Positions 1 through 10,171 of a stretch of 64,000 nt of DNA are shown here, in pieces. The DNA comes from a bacterium (lineage in GTDB: Bacteria; SAR324; NAC60-12). The translations under genes and the position numbers were made by a program. The notes below the pieces were generated by a model. That model saw only the letters and a list, made by a program, of their open reading frames with translations, was not told the DNA's origin and searched no databases. Each line of letters opens with the position of its first letter. Position 1 is the first letter of the stretch. The DNA lies in the NCBI GenBank assembly GCA_965233585.1, contig CBDDTI010000746.1, positions 128,001-192,000 of the forward strand, in the 5' to 3' direction.

Positions 1-531
1 ATTTCTTTGGCATAATACACTAAATAAAAAATGCCTACATGCTTCAAAGAAAAAAGAAATCTCATCACAACAGTTGATAACTAAAACACCATTTTTTTTC
101 AAATGAAGGTCTAACAACTTTAAGATATCAAAACTGTTTTCAATGCAAATCAGTAGATTTTCGCAAATAACAATATCAAATTTTTCAGATTCATCAAGCT
201 GCTCAATATAAATATTTTGAATATCTATATTATTCATATTGACATTAAAATGATTAAAAGTTTTTCTACAATCTTCAAAAGCTATTTTATTTGGTTCAAT
301 AAGTTTATAAAAAAAGGGTTTTATATTTGCAATATAAAGTGAATCATAACCAGGACCTGGACCTACTTCAAGAAGTGAACTTTTTTTGAAAATCTCAGAA
401 GGTAAACCTAGAGATTCATAAAGTTTTTTTCTAATGTAAAGTTTTTTTGAAAGTTCTGATTGAGTTGAAAATCCTTGATATGAAGGAGATATATTGTATT
501 TTTTATAATGTTTTGTTAAAGCATTCTCCAT
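1..531 (-). CDS. Class I SAM-dependent methyltransferase (partial, runs off window start)
   Basis: Manual translation from ATG at 531: MENALTKHYKKYNISP...LLEVGPGPGYDS (motif I)...FDIVICENLL (motif IV); open to position 1; absent from ORF track. Confidence 0.8.
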   Translation of the reverse strand, partial: MENALTKHYKKYNISPSYQGFSTQSELSKKLYIRKKLYESLGLPSEIFKKSSLLEVGPGPGYDSLYIANIKPFFYKLIEPNKIAFEDCRKTFNHFNVNMNNIDIQNIYIEQLDESEKFDIVICENLLICIENSFDILKLLDLHLKKNGVLVINCCDEISFFFEACRHFLFSVLCQRN

Positions 532-556
532 ATTTTATCCTTATTATTAGAAATGA

Positions 557-1630
557 TTAGAAATTTAAATTTTTAATGATCTCAATGACTTGTTCAATAT
601 CTGTTAACTCCTGACTTGGTCCCGCAGGAAATATTAAAGCCTCTTGATCAAAAATATCTGCATTTTTAAAACTACGAGAAATATTAATATGTTTTGCTTT
701 ATCGATACTCCCCATATCTCTACAACACATGACACCATTTTCATTTAAAATTCTAATGATTTTTTCCCTTTTGGGGGACAAAAAGATTGGTCTCATAGGT
801 GTTTCTATTTCTGTATTCATTTCTAAGATTTTTAGGTAGGGGATGTTAGCTAAACCTTGTTCGTAAAGTTGATAGATTTCTCTTTGTCTTTGAACTAACT
901 TTTCTATCTTTTCTATTTGATTTAAACCTATACTTGCATAAATATCAGAATATTTGAAGTTGTAAGACAAGCATAGAGGTTCAAATTCTTTTCTGACATC
1001 AAAGACTCCTTGATTTCTTATTCTAAGAAGCTTTTCATAATCCTTATCGTTATGGCAAACGACAAAGCCACCAGATACAGTACTAAAAACTTTAGTAATT
1101 CCTAGAGAAAAACAACCAAATCTTGAAAGAGTTCCCGCATAACTATCATTTTGTTTAGATAAAATAGATTGTGCAGCATCTTCAACAATATCTATTTGAT
1201 GTTTTCTAGCTATGTTCTGGATAGCTTCCATATTCACCATTTTTCCATTGAGGTGAACTGGTACTATAGCTTTAGTTTTACTAGTAATAAGTGTTTCAAT
1301 CTGATCTATGTTCATCAGCTGAGTTTCCTTATCGACATCTACACAGACAATTTTAACTCCTAAAATCATACCAGCATTGGCTGTTGCAATATAGGTTCTT
1401 GCTGGAATAATGATTTCATCGTATGGCTTAACTCCTATTGCCATAAAAGACATTGTCAAAGCAGCTGTACCACTTGAACAACAAACTACATAAGGAACTT
1501 TTAACTTTTTGGCTAGTTTTTGTTCCAGTTCTTGCGTCAACACTCCTTGAGTTACAGTTTTGTTATTGATTGCTTGAGTGAGGCAATTGATATCTGTCTG
1601 ATCATATTTGATGTTCCATAAATTTATCAT
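557..1630 (-). CDS. DegT/DnrJ/EryC1/StrS family PLP-dependent sugar aminotransferase
   Basis: SSGTAAL, AIVPVHLNG, IVEDAAQS and CFSLGITK (PLP lysine) motifs. Confidence 0.92.
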   Translation of the reverse strand: MINLWNIKYDQTDINCLTQAINNKTVTQGVLTQELEQKLAKKLKVPYVVCCSSGTAALTMSFMAIGVKPYDEIIIPARTYIATANAGMILGVKIVCVDVDKETQLMNIDQIETLITSKTKAIVPVHLNGKMVNMEAIQNIARKHQIDIVEDAAQSILSKQNDSYAGTLSRFGCFSLGITKVFSTVSGGFVVCHNDKDYEKLLRIRNQGVFDVRKEFEPLCLSYNFKYSDIYASIGLNQIEKIEKLVQRQREIYQLYEQGLANIPYLKILEMNTEIETPMRPIFLSPKREKIIRILNENGVMCCRDMGSIDKAKHINISRSFKNADIFDQEALIFPAGPSQELTDIEQVIEIIKNLNF

Positions 1631-1638
1631 TTTATTTT

Positions 1639-2364
1639 TTAATTTATAGAGATTGAACCATTATTTTTTAATAAACTTTCACTTCCAATCAAAGAAATAC
1701 CTCCATCCATAACTATTTCTTGACCTGTAATATAAGAACAATCATCAGATAGTAAAAAATTTAAAGCATTATAAATATCATCAGAATTAGCAATTCTTTT
1801 TAGTGGGCATAATTCTTTATATATTTTTAAATTTTTTTCTTGATTATAGTATTTAGCATTACTTGACTTAATACAAGAAGATGGAGAAAGCATATTGACT
1901 CTAATATTTTTTTCACCCAGATGTACTGCATAATATCTTACTAAAGATTTTAAGGCACTTTTAGCAACAGAATACGAAATAGGTTGTTCATAAATAAAAT
2001 ACTGAGTGACAATAGAACCAATGATTACTATAGAAGCATTACGATTCAAAAATTCTCTAATATTTTCCATGATTAAAAAAGTTGCCTTTACACTTATCTG
2101 GAACTCTCCTTCAAAAGATTTTTTAGTATCTCCTCTATATCGCTGAAAGAAAACAACATAATCTATTTGTTTTTCAGTAATCTTCTTCAAGATATCTTCA
2201 GTAGAAGATTCATTTGCTAAATTAACTTGATAATATGAAATATTATGATTATTTTCTACAAATTCATTACCTATAACTGAAATTTTTACATTATTATGCA
2301 GTTTTTTAACATAAACAGCTCCTAAACCTGTTGTTCCACCTACTATTAAATAGTGTTTTTGCAT
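1639..2364 (-). CDS. Short-chain dehydrogenase/reductase (SDR)
   Basis: GGTTGLG, YSVAK, IRVNMLSP, YITGQEIVMDGG motifs. Confidence 0.9.
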   Translation of the reverse strand: MQKHYLIVGGTTGLGAVYVKKLHNNVKISVIGNEFVENNHNISYYQVNLANESSTEDILKKITEKQIDYVVFFQRYRGDTKKSFEGEFQISVKATFLIMENIREFLNRNASIVIIGSIVTQYFIYEQPISYSVAKSALKSLVRYYAVHLGEKNIRVNMLSPSSCIKSSNAKYYNQEKNLKIYKELCPLKRIANSDDIYNALNFLLSDDCSYITGQEIVMDGGISLIGSESLLKNNGSISIN

Positions 2365-2388
2365 TTCAAATTGTTAAGTACTAAAAAA

Positions 2389-3068
2389 TTATTTCGGATG
2401 TATTAAACTCAAATTTTTTGCTGTAACAAAAGCATAATCTCCAGTATATTGGACATGTTGTAAAACTTTTTCCCATTCTTTTTTTGAAAAAATAGTCGCA
2501 CCCAATAAAGTCCACATTTTAAATAAATCAAACTCTTCTTGAGTTTCATAAGAAGCTAAAGTGATAAAACTTTTTCCTTTTCCAACTCTCTGAATCTCTT
2601 TTAAACAAGAAATACCATCAGCTAGATTGAGAGGATAAACAACGCCAATAGCTACAATAAAATCAAATTGTGCATTGCCAAACGAAAGTTTTTCATAACG
2701 TCCTGTTTGATATTTTTTTGGATAGAAAGCATCGCATGTTCAATAGCATAGCTAGAGATTTCATAACGTGAAAGTTTTAAATCAGGAAAAAGAGTTTTCA
2801 AATCATGCAACAAGAAACCTTTTTCACAACCAATTTGTAAAATAGAAGCATTTTTTGGAAGTGAATAGCCTTTCATGATTCTTTCAGCAAAGACTTTCCA
2901 GCGGCCATCATATCGGTATCCACCATACCCATCATTACGTTCACCATCGTAATACCTTTGATCACGATAAGAAGCAATGATTCTATTTTCAATGGTTCGA
3001 GTCTTAGGACTAACCAGTCTATGATTTTTAGGAGGTGGATAATCTTGTAATAAATTGTATTCTCCCAT
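2389..3068 (-). pseudogene. SAM-dependent methyltransferase, frameshifted (paralog of 4054-4713)
   Basis: ORF 2652-3068 (GYGGYRYDGRW, LQIGCEKGFLL) continues in another frame from about 2703 as GRYEKLSFGNAQFDFIVAIG...YTGDYAF...HPK* (stop 2389), colinear with the 4054-4713 protein; one base is missing near 2700-2706. Confidence 0.85.
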
Positions 3069-3083
3069 TCTTTATTTTTAATA

Positions 3084-3257
3084 CTATATTAACATTAAAA
3101 AAATATTGATATTTAGAAGTAAAAAATTATCTTCAATATTATTGTTAGGATTAAACTTGATAAGATTACAGTGATTTTTCAATAAAGGTATTAAATCAGT
3201 TGCTACAGTACCTTTGTAACCACTTATTAAGACTTTTTTATTTTTGATGAAACTCAT
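3084..3257 (-). pseudogene. N-terminal remnant of NAD-dependent epimerase (duplicate of 6846-7673)
   Basis: MSFIKNKKVLISGYKGTVATDLIPLLKNHCNLIKFNPNNNIE aligns without gaps to MSFIEGKKVLWNGFRGSVGSDLSFLLKDHCNLINFDPAKNIE, then breaks off. Confidence 0.8.
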
Positions 3258-3274
3258 ATTTAGATTACAGCTAT

Positions 3275-4031
3275 TCAATTTGTGTAAGTTACTCCTTCCC
3301 CGTTATCTACAGGCAACATGCAACCGGCAAAAATATGAGAATTTTCAGAAATGAGTAATTGAATCAAAGGCATCAGTTGTGATGTGTTCATCACAGGTAC
3401 CGAATTTGGCAAATGTTCTTGAAACCATTTTTCATAGATATCTGGTTTGTTCTCTTTCAAACGATCCATGGCACTATTATGACCGAGAAAAGCACTAGGC
3501 ATAATTCCTGAAATTGTGACTCCGCGTGTACTCATTTCTCTACCTAGATATCTGACATAAGCAGCTAATGCTGCTTTCACAGTATTGTATCCAACTGAAG
3601 CCACTGCATAAGATGATGCGGTAGAACCAATATGCACTACATTTCCTTTTCGTTTTTCAATCATCAGAGGTATTAACGATTGGTTTAAAGCAATTCCTCC
3701 AGTTAAATTGACAGCGAGCAGTTGGTTGATTTCTTCAATAGTTAAAAGTGGTCTCCTCAAACCTAATCCGCCACCAGCACAATGAATAACATTATCAACA
3801 AATGGTGTAAATTTAAATAATTCTTTTTTAGCTATTGTAATACTTTTTTTGTCCAATAGATCTAGTTTGAGAACGAAATGATTGTATGGATTTTGAAAAG
3901 AAGAACGTATTTCTTCTAATTCTTCCAGAGATCGTGCTGCTAAAATTATGTGATACCCTTGTTGTTCAAAAAAAAATAGCACACTGCTTTCCTAAACCTC
4001 TGGAAGATCCTGTGATGAGCAGGGTTTTCAT
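3275..4031 (-). pseudogene. SDR oxidoreductase with +1 frameshift in a T9 tract
   Basis: True start ATG 4031 gives MKTLLITGSSRGLGKQCAIFF; T9 (plus-strand A 3968-3976) shifts the frame, whereas T8 would join it to FEQQGYHIILAARS...YNTVK. Confidence 0.85.
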
Positions 4032-4053
4032 TTATCAATATATCAAATAGATT

Positions 4054-4713
4054 CTAAGGAATAAACCAATAATAATCTCCAGTATAACTGGCTTCTTGAA
4101 AAAAAGTTTTCCACTCTTCGGTGTGCATGTAAGTCAGGCCTGTCAAATTCCATGCATTCATTCTTTTCTTTTCTTCGTTATTCCTATAAGCATCATTGAT
4201 GGTAAAAGCATCTTTTTTACTGACTCTCATCATTTCTTTCAGGGCTTTTTTACAAGCATCTTTTTCTAAATTATGAATCGTATTGATAGCAATCACCAAA
4301 TCAAAACTATTATCTTCAAAAGGCAAATCATCGGCACTAGCCACTTGGACAAAGTCTTTGATTTCTGCTTTAGCATTAGCAATAGCATACTCTGATATGT
4401 CAATCCCTCTGATTTCAAAAGTAGGATTATATTGTTTGAAATCATAAAGCATGAATCCTTTAGCACAACCTACATCTAAAATTGTTGCTCCATCTTGCAG
4501 ATCATAAAATTCTACAAAATCAGGCACTACTGGTTTCCAAAATCGTTCGCTATAATAATGCCCTCCATACCCTACTTTTCTGTCTCCATCAAAAAATTCT
4601 TGACCAAATTGTCTAGCAATTTTTCGATCTTCTTCTGTTTTTTCTTCAAGCCTTTGAGCTAGATCTCTTTTGGCTCTAGGATAGTTTTTCAATAAATTAA
4701 TCTCTTGTTGCAT
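4054..4713 (-). CDS. Class I SAM-dependent methyltransferase
   Basis: ILDVGCAKGF, DLPFEDNSFDLVIA motifs. Confidence 0.9.
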   Translation of the reverse strand: MQQEINLLKNYPRAKRDLAQRLEEKTEEDRKIARQFGQEFFDGDRKVGYGGHYYSERFWKPVVPDFVEFYDLQDGATILDVGCAKGFMLYDFKQYNPTFEIRGIDISEYAIANAKAEIKDFVQVASADDLPFEDNSFDLVIAINTIHNLEKDACKKALKEMMRVSKKDAFTINDAYRNNEEKKRMNAWNLTGLTYMHTEEWKTFFQEASYTGDYYWFIP

Positions 4714-4737
4714 GATTTTTTCTAAAAATTTGTGTTA

Positions 4738-5790
4738 TCAAAAGGGACCTTGAAACCAATCACCGGGAATATCATGGTGTTGATCTGATTTTAACAGAAT
4801 TTTTTCATCTAATTTCCAATTCAGCATCTCAAATACAGTATGAACAATATCATTAGCGTTTTTGTAATAATGCTTGCTCAAATAATAACTTGTAGGGCTA
4901 GGCATATTAGGAACAGCTAAAACACGAGGAGCAACCTTTAAATCTTGAAAACAGTGTTGACTCACTTTGGCTACAACCTCACTTGCAATACAAAAACTTT
5001 CATGCGATAAATCTACAGCTAACAATCTACCTGTTTTTTGAACAGAAGTTTTGATAGTTTCAAAATCCAAGGGTGATACACTTTTTAAATCAATCACTTC
5101 AGCATGGATTCCTACTTGTTCTAAAATTTGACTTGCTTTAAGAGATTCTAAAGCCATTAAAGAATAAGCCACAATAGTTATATCTTTGCCTTGCTTAACA
5201 ATTCTAGCTTGGTCTAAAGGAAGTTCAAAGTATTTGTCTCGTACTTCATCTTTGATGTTGTGTAACCAGCGATGCTCTAAAAATAAAATAGGATTAGGAT
5301 CAAAAATACTTGCCAGTAAAAATCCTTTTGCATCTGATGGAGTAGTAGGCATTATGACTTTTAACCCCGGTACATGAGCAAACAAACTTTGCAAAGATTG
5401 AGAATGCGTTGGTCCTTGTCCCCAACCTCTTCCAATAATCAAACGAATGGTAATAGGAACATGTGAAGCACCACCAAACATATAATGCCATTTTGCTGCA
5501 TTATTGACAAGTTGATCAAAGGCTAACAAAAAAAAATCTAACCTTTGATGGACAAACACACTTCTAACTCCATTCAAACTCGCACCTATGGCTATTCCCG
5601 TCATAGCATTTTCACTGCAAGGTGTGTCGAAAACTCTTGCTTTTCCAAAAGTTTCTTGTAGCCCAGTAGTAGTTCCAAAAATAGCTTTAGGATCAGGGAC
5701 TCCTAAACCATACACCAGCATATCACTATCTTTTTGCATAGCAATATGCAGTGCTTCATTGATAGCTTCAGCGAAGGTAATTGTTCTCAC
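4738..5790 (-). CDS. ThDP-dependent dehydrogenase E1 beta subunit (transketolase C-terminal type)
   Basis: RVFDTPCSE, GPTHSQS, PGLKVIMP, EVIDLKSVSPLD motifs. Confidence 0.92.
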   Translation of the reverse strand: MRTITFAEAINEALHIAMQKDSDMLVYGLGVPDPKAIFGTTTGLQETFGKARVFDTPCSENAMTGIAIGASLNGVRSVFVHQRLDFFLLAFDQLVNNAAKWHYMFGGASHVPITIRLIIGRGWGQGPTHSQSLQSLFAHVPGLKVIMPTTPSDAKGFLLASIFDPNPILFLEHRWLHNIKDEVRDKYFELPLDQARIVKQGKDITIVAYSLMALESLKASQILEQVGIHAEVIDLKSVSPLDFETIKTSVQKTGRLLAVDLSHESFCIASEVVAKVSQHCFQDLKVAPRVLAVPNMPSPTSYYLSKHYYKNANDIVHTVFEMLNWKLDEKILLKSDQHHDIPGDWFQGPF

Positions 5791-6770
5791 AACGCTTCTT
5801 GGAATAAGTGAGTGTAAATTTCACTTGGGGTTGGAAAAGGAGAAGACTGAGCAAAAGTAAAGGCATCATGGATTTCTTCTTGAATGTTATTTTCCATTTC
5901 CATCAAATCCTCTTGGCTCATGATTTGTATTTCTAAAAGTTTGTTTTGAAAATAACTGACAGGATCATGTTGGATCCAATCTTCAAATTCTTCTTGAGTT
6001 CGGTATCCTATGTCATTGTCAAAATTCGTTCCGCAGTGTTCTCTATGCCTGTAAGTATGAAATTCTAAAAAATAAGGTTGTTTCTCCTTTTTAATAAATT
6101 CCACTGCTTTTTTGCTTTGTTTCATGACTTCTAAAACATCATTACCATTGGCTTCTTCGGAAGTAATTCCAATCGCCTGAACCATTTCATGAATTTTTCT
6201 GTTCTTAGGTTGTCTCACAGCTAAAGGAGAATACACAGAATATAAATTATTTTCACAAATGAAAAGTACAGGTAAGTTTTGAAGAGCAGCAAAGTTAGCA
6301 CTTTCATAAAAAACTCCTTCTTCAGTGGCCCCCTCACCAAAAAAAACAGTTGAAACTCTATCCTCTTGTTTGGTTTGAATGGATAATCCCAATCCAACCC
6401 CAACTGGTATCGTGCCAGCCACAATAGCTGTACTTCCCATAAATCCAACTTTCGTATCTATCAAGTGCATAGAACCTCCCTTGCCTTGACAACAGCCTGT
6501 CACTTTGCCATAAATTTCAGCAATCATTGCTTTTAAACTTCCTCCCTTTGCTAAATAGTGAGCATGTGCCCTATGTCCAGACACTGCAAAATCATAGTCA
6601 CTTAAACTAGCACATACTCCAACAGCAACAGCTTCTTGACCTATTGACAAATGGGTAGGACAACGCATTTCTTGATTAGGATATTCTTTTACTATTTCTT
6701 CCTCCACTGCTCGTATCCGTTTGAGATCAAACAATAGAGTTTTTAAAGATTCTTGAGATGCTTGAAACAT
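5787..6770 (-). CDS. ThDP-dependent dehydrogenase E1 alpha subunit
   Basis: HLSIGQEA, GKGGSMH, FFGEGAT...ICENN (ThDP motif). Confidence 0.92.
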   Translation of the reverse strand: MFQASQESLKTLLFDLKRIRAVEEEIVKEYPNQEMRCPTHLSIGQEAVAVGVCASLSDYDFAVSGHRAHAHYLAKGGSLKAMIAEIYGKVTGCCQGKGGSMHLIDTKVGFMGSTAIVAGTIPVGVGLGLSIQTKQEDRVSTVFFGEGATEEGVFYESANFAALQNLPVLFICENNLYSVYSPLAVRQPKNRKIHEMVQAIGITSEEANGNDVLEVMKQSKKAVEFIKKEKQPYFLEFHTYRHREHCGTNFDNDIGYRTQEEFEDWIQHDPVSYFQNKLLEIQIMSQEDLMEMENNIQEEIHDAFTFAQSSPFPTPSEIYTHLFQEAL

Positions 6771-6845
6771 AGTATCAATTAAAATTTTTATAGAATTACA
6801 ACTGAACGATGATATATCTTTTAAAAAGTTTTATTATGAATTGTA

Positions 6846-7673
6846 TTATTTCATCATAGTTGAATGCTTTGGAGAATTAGAAAAGAGTAAATCTGTCCAA
6901 TAATCTATAGATTTTTTAGCATCTAATGCTAGATCATAGTCTTTCATTAATTTATCTACACTAATACTAAAATGATTCAGATTTTCAGAAGATTGTATAA
7001 TTTGCGATTTAGATTGTAGTTTTTCTTTCAAATAGACGACTAAATCTAACAAAGTATATTCAACCGAACTAGCAAAGTTTAAAATGTCAAATTTTTTATT
7101 AAAATCATTGTTTAAAAGAAATTTAAAAATATCATATGGATTTACTAATAAATTAAATTTTTTCAAACTATTAGTTAAGATTACGTCTTGATTCGTAATA
7201 AGTTTATCCAATAATCTGAAAAATAAGTGAGGGTGGATATTTTTTTTAGAAGTAAGTATTGCCGGAAAACGCAGACATAAAACATTCATATCAACACTTT
7301 CTAACATCTTTTCACCCACTAGTTTTGTCAACCCGTATAAGTCAGGTGTGGATAAAGTATGTTTTTCATCAATATTTTCTTGGTTCGCACTACCATAAAC
7401 CGAATTACTTGAGAAAAACACAAAGTTTTTGATTTGATTTCTATCACAAAACCTAATAACGTCCTGTAAGAAGATAATGTTAGATTGTATTACCTTTTCA
7501 TAACTATGAACAGGACTTGCACCTGCTAAATGCAAAAAAATATCTGCTTCAATATTCTTGGCAGGGTCAAAATTGATAAGATTACAATGATCTTTTAACA
7601 AAAAACTTAGATCAGAACCTACAGATCCTCTAAATCCATTCCACAAAACTTTTTTACCTTCAATAAAACTCAT
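6846..7673 (-). CDS. NAD-dependent epimerase/dehydratase
   Basis: HLAG, FFSSNSVYG, YGLTK motifs. Confidence 0.85.
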   Translation of the reverse strand: MSFIEGKKVLWNGFRGSVGSDLSFLLKDHCNLINFDPAKNIEADIFLHLAGASPVHSYEKVIQSNIIFLQDVIRFCDRNQIKNFVFFSSNSVYGSANQENIDEKHTLSTPDLYGLTKLVGEKMLESVDMNVLCLRFPAILTSKKNIHPHLFFRLLDKLITNQDVILTNSLKKFNLLVNPYDIFKFLLNNDFNKKFDILNFASSVEYTLLDLVVYLKEKLQSKSQIIQSSENLNHFSISVDKLMKDYDLALDAKKSIDYWTDLLFSNSPKHSTMMK

Positions 7674-7709
7674 AGCATTTTTATGAATCTAACATATTTG
7701 ATAGTTTTT

Positions 7710-8828
7710 TCAGAACGTGTTCTCTGTGGAATGAAAGAATTGTCCAATGGACTGACAAACAAACTCTATTTGTCCGTCTTTTAAAAAAGGATAAATAGGA
7801 AGACTCACAATTTCTTTAATAATCTTTTCAGTGATTGGAAAATCACTTTGTTGATAACTTAATCTTTTAGCAATCGGTTGGAGATGCAAAGGAACAGGAT
7901 AATGAATTTTGGTTTCTATGCCCTGCTCCAAAAGGAACCTCATCAACTCATCTCTCTGATTTGCATGGACTTGAATGACAAAATTATGATAAACACTTCT
8001 CAAATTTTTATTAGGAGGAAGACACTTAACAACGTCGTGTAAATTCTCATAATAAAATTTTGCAATTTCCTGATAACGTTTATTCCATTTTGCCAGACGC
8101 TTCAGTTTTACCAAACCAAAAGCCGCTTGTAAATTATCTAATCTGGAATTGACGCCCCAAACAATCGCTTCATCTCTGTTTTTCAATCCATAATTGCGTA
8201 AAAGTCTCAGCTGACTTGCAATATTTTCATCATGGGTAGTAATGATGCCTCCATCTCCCATCAAGTTAAGATTTTTTAGTGGGTGTAAGCTAAAACAACC
8301 CGCATCAGACAATCCCCCAGTTTTTTTAGCATAGTATGTGGCGCCAATGGATTGAGCTGCATCTTCAATCACGTGGAGACAATGCTTTTTAGCAATAGAA
8401 TTGATTTCATTCATTTTAGCAGGTCTTCCATTCAAATGGACAGGAATGATTGCTCTAGTTTTTGATGTGATGGCTGGCTCAATGAGGTTGGGGTCAATAT
8501 TAAAATCTTCAGCAACATCAACTAAAACAGGCTTTGCTCCAGCACTGATGACAGACGTCATAGTAGCTAGAAAAGAGTGAGCAGGAATAATCACTTCATC
8601 ATCTCTCTCTACTCCTAAAACCTTCAAACAAAGCGTGATTGCATCACCACCATTTGCGACACCAACAGCAAACTTTGTTTCACAAAAATCAGCAACTGCT
8701 TGCTCAAAACGCTCCAATTCCTCTCCTAAAATATAAGAACCTTTAGAGCAAACTTGATCAAAAGTTTCTATCAATTCCTCTCTAATTTCTTGATATTCTA
8801 AAGACAAATCAATAAAAGGAACTCTCAA
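7710..8828 (-). CDS. DegT/DnrJ/EryC1/StrS aminotransferase
   Basis: VPFIDL, IEDAAQS, FSLHPLKNL, NSRLDNLQAA, IHYPVPLHLQP. Confidence 0.93.
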   Translation of the reverse strand: MRVPFIDLSLEYQEIREELIETFDQVCSKGSYILGEELERFEQAVADFCETKFAVGVANGGDAITLCLKVLGVERDDEVIIPAHSFLATMTSVISAGAKPVLVDVAEDFNIDPNLIEPAITSKTRAIIPVHLNGRPAKMNEINSIAKKHCLHVIEDAAQSIGATYYAKKTGGLSDAGCFSLHPLKNLNLMGDGGIITTHDENIASQLRLLRNYGLKNRDEAIVWGVNSRLDNLQAAFGLVKLKRLAKWNKRYQEIAKFYYENLHDVVKCLPPNKNLRSVYHNFVIQVHANQRDELMRFLLEQGIETKIHYPVPLHLQPIAKRLSYQQSDFPITEKIIKEIVSLPIYPFLKDGQIEFVCQSIGQFFHSTENTF

Positions 8829-8829
8829 T

Positions 8830-9975
8830 TTAACCTTTATAAAAAGTTTTAATCAATTCAATCACTTGGTCTTGCTGTGCTTGAGTGATAAATTCATGAA
8901 CAGGCAGAGAAAGGCAGTGATTTGCAGTGTATTCGCTGACAGGAAAGTCTCCTTTTTGATGATTCAAAAAAGAAGAGGCAGGTTGAAGGTGCATAGGGAC
9001 TGGATAATGCACTTTAGCATCAACTCCATTTTGGATTAAGTAGTCTTTTAATTCATCTCGCCTTTCACAAGTGAACATGTACAGATGATACACATGTTTT
9101 TTATGAACTTCTCGTTTAGGAATTTTGATCTGTTCTATATTTTCTAACTCCTGGTCAAAATAATGAGCATGTTGGATTCGTTTTGCTGTGATATTTTCAA
9201 TGTGATGATCCAATAAATGTTGTCCCACTACTGCTTGAATAGTGTCTAATCTTGAGTTGTAAGCAAATTCTTGACAAACATTTCTTGAGACCAGCCCGTG
9301 GTTGCGAATCAATCTTAATTGTTCAACGATTTTTTTGTCGTTAGAAACGATGAGTCCCCCATCTCCCCAAACATTCAAATTCTTTAACGGATGCATGCTA
9401 AAACAAGAGGTGGTGCCAAAATCACCTATTTTCTGGCTCTGATATTCTGATAAAATAGCGTGGCAAGCATCATAAACAATCGGGACGCAATGTTTTTTAG
9501 CAAGATTTTCTAGGCAGATACAATCACAGGGGTTTCCTGACCAATGCACAGGCACTATCGCCTTAGTCTTTGGAGTCATTGCACTCTCAAGCTGAGAAAC
9601 ATCTATGTTGAAATCATCTTTAATATCTACAAAAACAGGCTTTGCTCCAGCAGTCACAATCGCTCCTACAGTTGCATAAAAAGTAAAAGAAGTTGTGATG
9701 ACTTCATCACCTTCTTTGACACCAAGAGCCTTTAAGCTTAGGAAAAGTGCATCTGTCCCAGAGCCAACTCCAATGGCATATTTTGCGCCAACTGCTTCTG
9801 CAAAATTTTCTTCAAACTGATCTACAGCTTTTCCCAAAGTAAAATCGTTTTCAAGTACAACTTGCTCTATCTTTTTGAAGATTTCTTGATAATCGCTAAA
9901 TTGTTCTTTCAGATAGTTATGTTTGATAGTCAATTCGCTATCTTTTAGATATTGTTCTGGATAAAAGTTTTTCAT
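8830..9975 (-). CDS. DegT/DnrJ/EryC1/StrS aminotransferase
   Basis: GSGTDAL, YDACHA, FSMHPLKNL, NSRLDTIQA, VHYPVPMHLQP. Confidence 0.93.
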   Translation of the reverse strand: MKNFYPEQYLKDSELTIKHNYLKEQFSDYQEIFKKIEQVVLENDFTLGKAVDQFEENFAEAVGAKYAIGVGSGTDALFLSLKALGVKEGDEVITTSFTFYATVGAIVTAGAKPVFVDIKDDFNIDVSQLESAMTPKTKAIVPVHWSGNPCDCICLENLAKKHCVPIVYDACHAILSEYQSQKIGDFGTTSCFSMHPLKNLNVWGDGGLIVSNDKKIVEQLRLIRNHGLVSRNVCQEFAYNSRLDTIQAVVGQHLLDHHIENITAKRIQHAHYFDQELENIEQIKIPKREVHKKHVYHLYMFTCERRDELKDYLIQNGVDAKVHYPVPMHLQPASSFLNHQKGDFPVSEYTANHCLSLPVHEFITQAQQDQVIELIKTFYKG

Positions 9976-9996
9976 GCGATTCCTTCAATAATAAAT

Positions 9997-10128
9997 CTAA
10001 ACAGGTTTGGTATTTAAGTCTTCTTTAGAATCTATTTCTACCCAACCTCCTTCTATGTAAATTGGAGTAGCATCTAATAAATTATCTATGATCAATTGAA
10101 GAAAACTTGTCATATGCATCTCATTCAT
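9997..10128 (-). pseudogene. C-terminal remnant of a LicC-like/sugar nucleotidyltransferase
   Basis: Manual translation MNEMHMTSFLQLIIDNLLDATPIYIEGGWVEIDSKEDLNTKPV*; the MTxxLQ...GGWxEIDxxEDL pattern matches the C-terminus of phosphocholine/phosphonate cytidylyltransferase-like enzymes. Confidence 0.6.
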
Positions 10129-10171
10129 CGAGTAATGTCGTAATTTTTTTGTAAATCAGAGAAGTTAAACC

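Noticed and set aside
4738..6770. Housekeeping pyruvate dehydrogenase pdhA/pdhB
   Set aside because: No E2/E3 nearby and the genes are embedded in a sugar-modification cluster, so no gene symbol was assigned
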